Assembly (NCBI GenBank): GCA_053919585.1
Contig: CM132786.1
DNA length: 64,000 nt
Origin: Euprymna scolopes
Taxonomy: Eukaryota
Strand: one strand, 5' to 3'
Part shown: positions 27,101-38,299 of the stretch, one piece after another
Layout of the letters: every line of letters starts with the position of its first letter
Numbering within the stretch: position 1 is the first letter of the stretch
Position numbers and translations under genes: made by a program
The notes under the pieces: model-generated
Told to the model about the DNA's origin: nothing
The model's database searches: none
The model's input: only the letters and a program-made list of their open reading frames with translations

Positions 27101-28026
27101 GTTCAAGAGAGGCGCATCATCGATCTGAATCATTGAAGATTGTGTAACTTTAAAACATGATAGAAGGTTTTTATTTATCTTGCGATTTGTATACAACTAG
27201 ACAATTCGTAGATGGTCTGCAACGAAACCAGAAAACTAGTTTTCTTTAAACGGTACTAGAAGAATGTCGTCTTTTTTTAAGCCGACAATTTTACTGTTCA
27301 TCATGGAGTCTACATTGCACTGCAAAGAATATACTGTTTATTTTACAAAACTATTTCGATATACATATAAGGACTTGCATTAAAGTGTAAAATTTATAAG
27401 TCAAGTATAATGCTTCAATACTACTAAAACAGAAACATTCATTTTTAACGGGTTATAGTCATATTAACTAGCTTACTGTTTATTTTATATGTATGGTGGT
27501 TGTATGGTGATAATGCTTCAATTAGAGTTTCATATGGGAAATCATTGTGAAATTGTACTTCGGACAGAAACATTCATTCTGAACATGCCAGGAACATTCT
27601 GTTGAATTTATATGTTGAATCTTTCTGCTTGTGTGGTTAAATTGTGTTAGATGTTAACGTTGGTAAAATACCTGATCCTTCTTTGCGTCGGATTATTTCG
27701 ATTATTATCGATTATCGATTCTTATCAGTAGCATTTTTATGTAAAATATATCTAATAGCGTTGCAGGAGAAATAAAGTAGCTTCATAAAAATCGACCAAG
27801 ACGTTTTCTTTGCCATAGGAAACAAACTCACACGCACACATTCACACATATACATATACAGGCCATTTTATATAAGAGAAGATACATAGGTAGATATAGC
27901 TTCTTTCAGATGTGCCGTTACAGGGAAAATCACACGAGCTTTAAAGTTTACATTCAAGACTAATGCCAAATTATCACCCACTAATACACATACACGTACA
28001 CACAAACGCAAACACACACATATAAT

Positions 28027-28083
<57 letters not shown>

Positions 28084-28471
28084 TCTATGTGTCTAAATCT
28101 CTAATTATTGCTTTAGTAAATCACACTATATAACTGGTTTTCATAAAGGGAGCACTTCCCTATAATGATTTGGAAAACAAAGCAATCAAACATCCATTTG
28201 CTGTTGGAAAAATAAGTATACGATAAAAAAATACTAATATTAATGTTGATTCGTTTCCAAGACGATAAGATGGAGACATAAATCGATAAACCCGTTCTGT
28301 CAGAAAAATTAGGTGAAAGGTATATAAACTAATAATGTAAGTGTATGTGACTTCTAAAGAGAACATTCATCGATAAATGATAAATTGTATAATAATTCAA
28401 ACGTATCGAGCACGTGTTTATTAAAAAAAGTTACGTTACGGTTATCTTAACCAAATGGAGCTACAAACATA

Positions 28472-28473
28472 TC

Positions 28474-28524
<51 letters not shown>

Positions 28525-30255
28525 TAAACGTGTCTGTCTGTGCGTGATTGTATGTATGTCTGTGTACATTTTCCTACGCCATAGCTCTGTCAATTTTCAG
28601 TCTACAGACACGAAATTTGATATACAGGATAATGAGAAGTCTACTAAATCTCTCGGTGAATTTTCAGTCTAAACACTCGATATTTTAGGTATAGGTTCCT
28701 TGGACATCGATCTTAGGAAATTGATGTGAGCCCAAAATAATAAATGTTAAGCGGTAATAATAGGGGTCAAATAAAAAAAAATGGCCGCTTTTTTCTTCTT
28801 TTTGCTCAACATACACCTCCAATACCCGGTCAGCGCCGGAGTTAAATGCTAGTGTATATATCTAAAGCAGTCAATGTGGCTCTGTGTGTGTCTGTATGTC
28901 TATGTGTCTGTGTGTGTACGTTTTTCTTAGAAATACCTCTGCCAATTTTAAGTCTCAAGACTCGACATTGGATATACAGGGTAATGAGATTTGCGAAAAC
29001 CTTTGTAATCCGTTTTCGGACCGAAATTTGGCTGTTAAATGGTGACAATTCCACGATTTGACATTTAAGAACTCTACCAAACGTCTCCGACAATTTTGGG
29101 TATAAACAATTGAAATTTAAGATATAGATTCCCTTGACATGGATCTAACTTTATAACTTGATGTGAGACCTAGAGGATAAACCTTAAGGGGTCATAATAG
29201 GGGTCAAAGTTTTAAAAAAATTACCTTTGCGGCCTCTACTAAATTACTCAGTAAATTTCTTATATAAACTTTTTAAATATTACATAAAGGGCATGCGGTG
29301 ATCGGGCCAGCATTTTAATCGGTTTCGGTCGAAAAGTTTTAGTCACCAATATATAAATGTATGCATGTATATATGTTTGCATGTCTGCCAAAAACTTTCG
29401 ACCGAGGCGACGGATTTTTACAAAATCAGTATCGTGTTGAAGTTCGACAGTTCAAACGGCAAATACCGGAAAATTAGCTAAAACCATTAATATCTCCACA
29501 TTCAACTGGGCACTTTTCTACAGGGGGTCACTTTTTTCGCCGATATTTTTGAAAGTCATTCTCTCCTTACGATCGTCTAGCCTTTATTAAACCTACGCCA
29601 CTTCCGGTTTAGCAGTGGTCGTAAGAACAAAGACGGCAGAGATTTCCCGTTATTTTCCTTCTTCGCAGTACGGGTTTGAACCTGCCTTCCTACTACCAAT
29701 TATTTTTTTTTACTAAACACAGACACCCAAACTCCCGGGCAACGCCGGACACCCATGTTAGTATCTATAATATTGAACATGTATGTGTTTCTGTGTAAGT
29801 TTCCTCACGCAATAACTCTGTCAACGTTCAGGCTACAGACTCCAAATTTTATATACAGGGTACTGAGATGTGGGAAAATCTTCGTGATCGGTTTCGGCCA
29901 GAAATTTGGCTGTTAAAGGGTAAAGGTTCAATGATTTTGCCTTGGTGAGCTCTTCCAAACTCCTCCGACAAGTTTGGGTCTAAACACTTGACATTTTAGA
30001 CATACGTTTTTTGGACAAGGATCTAACTGAAGAATGTTATTTGAGCGCCAAACAATGAAAATTAAGGAGTTATAATAGGGGTTAAATAAAAAAAAATGAC
30101 CGCTTTTTAAAAATATTTTTGGTTAAGATACACCTCGAAACAACCGGACCCTATCGGGCTGAAATGCTAGTATTATAATAGATACGAAATGTAAATTTAT
30201 CAAATGTAATATTTAAGCATATTTGGCGACCGCGCAGTGCCGAGTGGCTTGCTAG
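28472..30255 (+). mobile_element. Head-to-tail Helitron array: short A (28472-28852), long B (28861-29761), short A (29764-30170), extra 3' terminus (to 30255)
   Basis: Each unit begins ATCTA plus a TG-rich tract and ends with a hairpin and CTAG/TTAG|T: CCGGTCAGCGCCGG...GCTAG, CCCGGGCAACGCCGG...GTTAG, CCGGACCCTATCGGG...GCTAG, CCGCGCAGTGCCGAG...GCTAG. Confidence 0.88.
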
Positions 30256-30408
30256 TACCAAATATAATGATTTTGCAGAAATTGGAGCCATCTAAATTGT
30301 CCACTAAGACTATAATCTTTTTTCAAATATTCATAGTGAGCATTTATTTGATTTGAAAAATAATCATATACGCATGAATATATATAAATAACATACATAA
30401 CAGACCTT

Positions 30409-30451
<43 letters not shown>

Positions 30452-30687
30452 CTAAACATCCTTTTTTATTTTTGTGTACTTATATTCATATTAAAAACCA
30501 TCCTTTCTATTAGTATTTATTTGCTCTCCCACCAAAGCAAAATATGACACGAGGTCGTGTTTAATGTGGGGTAAAATTAGCTCCTAGAAAAAAAGGCACT
30601 TTGTTTGGGACAAAAAATAATAATTTCCCAAATATAGAGGGTTTTCCCTCCATTGATCGGGAAATATGAACTTCAGTGCATATCTGC

Positions 30688-30730
30688 AGAACAGATACTA
30701 CACATTGCTCCCGGCCCGAATGCCAAGATC
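30688..30730 (-). pseudogene. U2 snRNA 5' fragment (head of downstream monomer)
   Basis: Minus strand TCTTGGCATTCGGGCCGGGAGCAATGTGTAGTATCTGTTCT. The last 16 nt match the conserved U2 sequence GUGUAGUAUCUGUUCU exactly (U2 recalled from memory). Confidence 0.75.
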
Positions 30731-30918
30731 AACAGTGTATTTATTTACGTCCCAACTGAGTAAATCGTTTTTTTAGAGATTGGGGAAATCCGGACCAGCT
30801 CCCCTTGGAGTAGGGGAGCTGAATTGTGACAATTGGTATAAAGGGTTTTCCCTACATCGGCCAATAACTTATATATGGGGTTGCCCCCACATATGGTCTT
30901 TGCTTACATTATCTGCCG

Positions 30919-30960
30919 GATCAGATACTACCCTTTGATCCCGACCAGAAGGCCAAGAAC
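30919..30960 (-). pseudogene. U2 snRNA 5' fragment (head of upstream monomer)
   Basis: Minus strand TTCTTGGCCTTCTGGTCGGGATCAAAGGGTAGTATCTGATC versus invertebrate U2 TTCTCGGCCTTATGGCTAAGATCAAAGTGTAGTATCTGTTC: about 33/41 identical by hand alignment. Confidence 0.75.
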
Positions 30961-31284
30961 AACAATAAAAGGCACCCCTCTTTTCTGTTTATTTAAGAGA
31001 AAATACCATTTTCTTATATATGGGTTGTGAAACTGCATTCACTATCACAATATCTAGCTCATTTGCACATTCTTTTAAACATTCATTTTAATTAATTCCC
31101 TATTAGTTTTTTTTTCGGTTTTCTTATGAGATGATCATCTTTAGTTAAGTATTACGGATAATTATATTCATGCATATATTCTACATGATTTATATTGGCA
31201 TAATATTTGCGTAAAAAGTTTACAGTAAACAGAAAATTGTTCCCATATATATTTATGTATACGTATATATTTTTGTTTAATCAA

Positions 31285-32499
31285 TCTATATATCTACAAA
31301 AGTGAATACATCTGTGTGTCTGTGAGTGTATGTGTATGTACATTTTCCTACGCAATATCTCTGTCAATTTTAAATCTACAAACTCGAAGTTTGATATACA
31401 GGATACTGAAATTTGAACAAACATTTTTGTGGTCGGTTTTTGGACATAAATGTTGCTGTTAGGGATAAAACCTCAACGATCTGGCCTTTGAAAACTCTAC
31501 CAAACTTCGAAACTTTTGGGTGAAAACACTTGATATTTTAGATATAGGTTTCTTGGATATTGGTCAAAAATAATAACTTGAGACGAGTGCAAAACTATAA
31601 AGATGAAGGAGTCATAATAGGTGTTGCAGTTTTAAAAAAAACTGACCTTTTTTTTTTGCTGCACATGCACCTCCAAAAACAAGCGCAACACCGGGTTGAA
31701 ATGCTTGTATATCTATATAAGATAAGGCATCTATGTGTGTGCCTATGTGTGTGTCTGTGTACAGTTTTCTACGGGTACTGAGATTTGGGAAATCTTTGTA
31801 ATCCGTTTTCAGCCAGAAATTTGGATGTCAAAGGGGTCAAAGTTCAACGATTTGACCTTTAATAACTCTACTAAATGAACTCGAAAATTTTGCGTATACA
31901 CACTTGAAATTTTAGATATAGGTTCCTTGGACATGGATCTAACTTAATTTGATATGAGCCGAAAGGAATATTTATTAATGGGTCAAAATTACAAAAAAAA
32001 AATGACCGCTGCGGTTTCTACCAAATTACTAAGACAATTTCTGGGCTAAACATTTGAAATTTGACATGAAGGATATTCAGAGATAGGGCACGCTTTATAA
32101 TCGGTTGATCGAAAATCATTAGTTACCAATATATGAATGTGTGTGTATGTATGTTTGCATGACTGCGTAAAACTTTCAACAGAGGCGACGGATTTTACCA
32201 AGATCTTTACAGTTTTGAAGCTCGACCCTTCAGACGATGAATGCTAAAAACAATAATATCTTCAACTTACATTTGCAGTTTTCTACAGGGGTCGCTTTTT
32301 TCGCCGATATTTTTTAAAGTACCTTTCTATCGGATTGTTTACCCTTAATTAAAACCTACGTTACACCTGGTGTGGCGGTGGTACTAACAGCAAAGCCGTC
32401 GCATTTTTCCCGTTCTTTTCCTCCTTCGCGGTACGGGTTGAGGCCTGCCTTTCTACTAACAATTTTTTTATTTTTTTTGCTCAATATACACATCCGCTC

Positions 32500-32556
<57 letters not shown>

Positions 32557-33325
32557 AAAGTGTTTGTCTGTCTGTCTGTACTTTTTCTGTCTGCATTCAT
32601 TGCCCTACGTTATATCTCTGTCAATTTTCAGTTTACAGATTTGACTTTTGAGAAATCTACCAAACTCCTCCGATTATTTTGTGTCTGAAAGCTTGAAATT
32701 TAAGATATAGGTTCCCGGGAGATGAATCTAACGTAATAATAGGAGGTTAGCCCAAAGGAATAACTGTTGTTTTGTCATAATAGTGGTCAATTCTTTAAAA
32801 AAATGACCTCTGTGGTCGCTACCAAATTTCTCAGACAATTCCTAGTTTAAACATTTAAAATTTGATATAAAGGATTAAAGAGATAGGGCAAGCTTTTTAC
32901 TCGGGTTCGGTCGAAAATTTGAGCTACCAATGTATAAATGTATGTATGTATGTTTGCTTGTCTAACTATAACATTCGACAGATGTGACGGATTTTCAAGA
33001 GATCAGTATGGTTTTTGCAGTCGACAAATACAAAAAACTGACTAAAAACGTTTATTTCTTCATATTAAACTGGCCACTTTTCTACAACGAGGGGTCGCTT
33101 TTTTCACCAATATTTTCGAAAGTGATCCCCTGTTTACGATTGTCTAGCCTCTATTTTAACCTACGTCACTTCCGGTTTGGCGGTCATCGGAACAGCAAAG
33201 ACGTCACGTTTTTTCTTCCTATTTTCTACTCCTTCTCGGAACCGGTTCGACCCTGCCTTCCTCCTACCACTTTTTTGCTCAACATACACCTCCGAACATC
33301 CAGTCAAGTCGGGCTGAAATGCTAG
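31285..33325 (+). mobile_element. Second Helitron array: short A (31285-31707), long B (31712-~32500), long unit with A-type terminus (~32555-33325)
   Basis: Same body sequence as 28472-30170. Termini GCGCAACACCGGGTTGAAATGCTTG|T and CAGTCAAGTCGGGCTGAAATGCTAG. Confidence 0.88.
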
Positions 33326-33327
33326 CG

Positions 33328-33412
<85 letters not shown>

Positions 33413-33859
33413 TTGTAGTAATCAACTTTTTAGAAGCACAGAGTAAACGGAATTAAAAATTTGAGGTTAGAAACAATGACCACGTGCGTATCTGTATTTT
33501 CGGTTTATAAAGCCTTAATCAGGTATTTTATTTTTAAACAATACAATATATTCTTGCAGCCGGTCTGTGATTGCTTTAAAGTTGAATGTGGCAGGTGATT
33601 TTACTTGGTGCCTTTTTGTATTCATGCATTTATTTTTCAGTCTGAGAAAGAACACGGAACAGTATAGACGCAAACCAGCGGCTCCCTCACTAGAGAGCCA
33701 AGGCAATTCCTTCATGGACACAAAACAGTCACTGAACGGAGTACAAATCTCTACAATCAGAGACAACTTATTTTGCTTAACGAATCAAGGTGGACATTCT
33801 ACTACTGTTCGGCATGTTATTGTCCAGTTATTGGATCTTATCTTATTCTTCTGGAGTTC

Positions 33860-34650
33860 CAAGGAAAACGAATATGCTAACCGTAAATGCTAATTATGTT
33901 TTAATCGGCGATGTGTTTTAAAAGGTTGGTTTCGTTGTGACAATGTCTACGTAGGAAACGGTGAGATTATTAATAGGTGAAATTATGATTGTGAAGGGTT
34001 AATGTTTTTTGTAGGTGGTTTTATATTTATAAAATGATTGCTTAATGTATTGAGAGACGCATAGGCGTAGCAGAACTCACGAACACACGCACAACCAAAG
34101 TCATGAACAGGAGCATACAAACACGCACACACACACCAACATACACGAACACACTTCGAAAATAGTAAGATGTAGACATTTTAAATTCTTTAAAACTACA
34201 CATAAGGACATTTTTAAGCACAAACACTGTCATTGATGGCTATGAAATAATGTTAATATTAAGCATTGTAATTAATTTTGTAAAGAACAAACAAATTAGT
34301 ATGTTTATGTGCCTGAAAAAAGAATCGAAGTAGGAAAAGAAACAATGCTAACCGTAAATGTAGTCTATTCGAATGATTGTATTTTACGGATGCGTACTGG
34401 AAAAAAATCACATTAAAAGCATTTAAAAAAAACCCTGGAAAGTGAAAGGTACGGAGAATAAAAAAAAAACAACCGTAAATGTTAATGTTGTTTGTATCAG
34501 GGATTTTTTAAGGTAGTTAGTTTCGTGGTTACAATGCCTGTGTAGATTACAGCGAGGATATTATTACGTACATTTAAGATTATGAGCGTTTAAGTGTAGT
34601 TTGTTTAACATTCATAAAACGATTGCTTCGTGTAGAGATCGAGAGACAGA
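33860..34650 (+). repeat. Local diverged direct repeat (~200 bp at 33860-34060 and 34460-34650, partial copy at ~34330-34360)
   Basis: Shared AACCGTAAATG...GTTTCGT.GT.ACAATG...ATAAAA.GATTGCTT...GAGAGAC. Confidence 0.65.
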
Positions 34651-35519
34651 TACCATGTTTGTGAATGTCTGACGCGTTTGTTTTTTTAATAAGTTATTTA
34701 ATCTTTAAATAATGAGACTCTGTTCTGAGCCAATTAGAAAAAAACGGGAATTTCAAATGGAGAAATTATTGCGTTGTAATAATGCATTGTAAAGATAATG
34801 GTATGCATATGATGATATAAATCAGTAACAAACGCTGTAATGTGGTTGAATTTGAATGTTTGCGTGCATGTACCTGTCTCTATTCTCTATCTAGTGGTTC
34901 CTCTTCACTATATGATCCCAAGTTATACTTGTGACCCATTTGAGTTCTTCCTGTGATAATCTAAGTGGTCTTATGTGTGTGTGAAAGGTGTCTGTCATAC
35001 ATGCTTGGGACATACTTTTTCAACTACGTCTCTTATCTTGTTGTCTACCTTGGTTTCATCTGTTCTGTGATGGACTAAAGGATGTGTATCCTGCTTGTAA
35101 ATCGGGGGCCTCATTTTGGTAGCTGCACATATCATTAGAGCTAATGTTGTGGCATATCGGTTTTAATCAAATTCATATAAAAATGATGATATTTCTAAAA
35201 TATAACAAACATCTTAGGTACAATCTTATTTATTAGTATGAGAAAACTTGATATTACATCGGAAATATAATTGTAGAGTAAAGATCAGAGAAGATAATCA
35301 CTGACAAAATATAAACACAATGTGTTGCTCGCCCTGGCTAGTTGAAGAACCATTAAATATGAATGTAAAAGTTATAATTAGAAATAATATTTCAATACTT
35401 AGATAAATTCATAAAACGTGGTGGACCAGAATAGAACAAAAAAGACTTAGATATATGAGACCAAATATTCAACTTTGATTGCCCTTCATAGTACGTTTCG
35501 CAGTGGATAGCGATGTAGA

Positions 35520-35770
35520 ATCTCTATAGTTCTAGGTGTTCATTTTCTGAAGATAGTGGTTGTAACTCACGCCAAAACCGACAATAGGCATACTTGGCCA
35601 AGGCGTGATGAGACAACAACCACCCTGAAAGGCAGTAAATAATGAGGATACAGTTCAAAGACTCGGAATTCCTATCCCGTTGCGGTTTACCACCTGATGA
35701 ATGCCAGAGGAATAGTTGGCTGAAGTAGGGCAATATTCCTTAAATAAATACAAAATAAATAAGTAAATAA
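35520..35770 (+). mobile_element. Possible Penelope-like 3' end with degenerate hammerhead core and (TAAA)n tail
   Basis: CTGATGA-AT-GCCA-gaggaatagt-TGGC-TGAAG at 35694-35725, followed by TAAATAAATACAAAATAAATAAGTAAATAAA. Confidence 0.35.
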
Positions 35771-36439
35771 ATTTGTCAATAAAAAAGTCAATAACACGGT
35801 AAATGGCGAAGCAAAACAACTAAACTACATGTTTCTTTCTTGGAATATTACGAATTTCCATGGCTTAAAGTAATATAGGTTACATTTTCTCTCCCCGTCT
35901 AAAATGGATGGCCCATTTCCGATCAGACTTGGAAAAATTCCAGTTAGTAAATGGGGTTTCTGCGATTAGTAAATCAGCACAGATAAGTATATATTCACAA
36001 GGGTATTTTAAACAATTTGTAAATTGGATGCCCTATATTTGCACTGATGATTTCTTCAATAAACGCATTTAACGTTATAAGGTAGCTAGAGAATAAAAAA
36101 AATAGACAGTTAATTAATTTTAGGAATATAGATGTGCACTCAGTGAGTAAGGTTAAAAGAAAAAAGACTACCCAGATTAAACCAAAGCGAGTGCATTCTG
36201 ATTAATTTAATTATATAATCTACTTGCTTTAAATTGTCCAATTTTTACATAATCAATCACGCTATTCTTTTAATTGTAAACAATAGACCTATAGAAATAA
36301 ATTAATAGGTGAACTTTAGAGATGAGTAAATCATTGTTACAAATGTGATGCTTAATTATATTTAAACTATATTTAGATATAATATACACACATACATACA
36401 CACACATATATATACACAAAAACACACACACACACACAT

Positions 36440-37289
36440 ATATATTATATAAATGTGAATGTGTTTGTCTATGTGTCTGTCTGTGTAAATTTCCCGACAC
36501 AATAACTCTGTCAATTGTCAGTAGACATACACGAAATAAAATATGCAGTGTATGGAGATTTAATAAACTATTTATAATCCGTTTTCGGCCAGGGATTTGG
36601 CTGTAAAGGGGTAAAATTCAACGATTTGTCCTTTGAGAATTCTACCAAACTCCACCAATTTTGTGCCTTAGCACATGAACTTTTAAATATAGGTTCCTTG
36701 ATCATGGATCTAACTAAATAACTTAATATGATCCCAGAATAATAAATGTTAACAAGTTATTATAGGGGTCAAATAAAATAAAATTGACCTCTTTGGTCGC
36801 TACCAAATTACTAAGACATGTCCTGGTCTAAACATTTGAAATTTTTCATAAAGGGTATCCAGAGATAGGTTTTAATCGGTTAGGGTCGCAAATTTAAGCT
36901 ACCAGTATGTAAATGTATGGATGTATGTATACATGTATGCATTCTGCTTAAAAATGTCCACATAGGCGACGGTTTTAAACAAGATCAGTATCGTTTTGAA
37001 ACGGCACCCTTCAGACATCAGATACCGAAAAATTGTCTAAAAACATTAATTACTTAACTCTCAATTGGGCACATTTCTGCAGGTGGGGATATTTTCGAGA
37101 ACCATCCTGTCTTTTTGATTTTCTAGCCTTAATTTAAAGCTACGTCACCCCGGTTTGGCGATGATCGTAACAGGAAAGACGTCACATTTTCCCCCGTTCT
37201 TTTCCTCCTTTTTATACGGGTTCGAGCATGCCTTCTCCTACCCCTTTTTTCTGCTCAAGACACACTCCAAAACCAAACACGCGTGCAAC
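36440..37289 (+). mobile_element. Non-autonomous Helitron, long type, 3' end runs into N gap
   Basis: Colinear with 28861-29761 and 32555-33325. Confidence 0.85.
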
Positions 37290-37658
37290 NNNNNNNNNNN
37301 NNNNNNNNNNNNNNNNNNNNNNNNNNNNNNNNNNNNNNNNNNNNNNNNNNNNNNNNNNNNNNNNNNNNNNNNNNNNNNNNNNNNNNNNNNNNNNNNNNNN
37401 NNNNNNNNNNNNNNNNNNNNNNNNNNNNNNNNNNNNNNNNNNNNNNNNNNNNNNNNNNNNNNNNNNNNNNNNNNNNNNNNNNNNNNNNNNNNNNNGTATG
37501 TATTTTTATATATGTGTGTATCTACGAACAAATAAAACTGGGTAAATGTGTTCAACAATTACATGAGCAGTTGTGTAATTTATCCATAGTATGCTGGTTG
37601 CCGGTATGCAGCACATGATGTCCTATTTTCTAGTGTTGTTACTCTGATTGTAGCTCTG

Positions 37659-37712
<54 letters not shown>

Positions 37713-38299
37713 ATATATATATTATCTGTTGTATTCATGATCTTAATTCATTTATTCATACCATATTTTGTTTTAAAATTGTTTTTAAATAGCATAAAAA
37801 CTACGTACGGTATTTGCTATATTTACAAAAATAAATCAGACAAATTATTTTTACAACCACCTGTATATACTTGTGATGCTCGTCTGCAAATTTCCTGGCA
37901 ATTACGATGTCATCATACAAGATTATTGTTCTACACATTGTGTTATTGGGAATGGTTTCATTTGGCATTTGTGTATATAATTCATATTCCCTATTTCTAT
38001 CTATTCTGTATCAGATTTAAAATAAGAACATATTTTTCATTACTTTTGCTTCCTTAAGATGCTTACATTTACCGTGTTTTTTTTTTCAAGAAAGTATTTA
38101 CAAATGCGGGTGTTTTTTTTATTTTTTCAGAAATGTATATGTACATAATTTTTTTTTTCATTGGTTTCATTTTTATTTCAATTTTGTTTTACAATATAAA
38201 AAGAGTCACCGAAAATTTTCATAACGTGTATTTCCTTTTGATTATTGTAAGTGTTTTTGTCCGAGTTAAATATATTTGTTTTTCATGAGCGATTTGTCT

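Larger units (their letters stand above)
30513..30962 (-). mobile_element. Dimeric ~230-bp element with U2 snRNA-derived heads (candidate U2-derived SINE-like retroposon)
   Basis: Two monomers 230 bp apart. Each starts with a U2-like 5' segment, shares an internal GGAAAACCCT, and ends TGGGA...AAATAAATAC. Confidence 0.6.

Noticed and set aside
30688-30960. Functional U2 snRNA genes
   Set aside because: Similarity ends after ~45 nt. No stem IIa/IIb, Sm site or 3' stems are recognisable.
37155-37618. ORFs containing X runs (also at 7.4, 14.9, 42.1, 58.3 and 59.2 kb)
   Set aside because: Artefacts of N gaps lacking stop codons.
37840-37866. Tc1/mariner-like TIR (TACAGGTGGTTG on minus strand)
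   Set aside because: Partner TIR not found, possibly in the adjacent gap, so an element cannot be supported.
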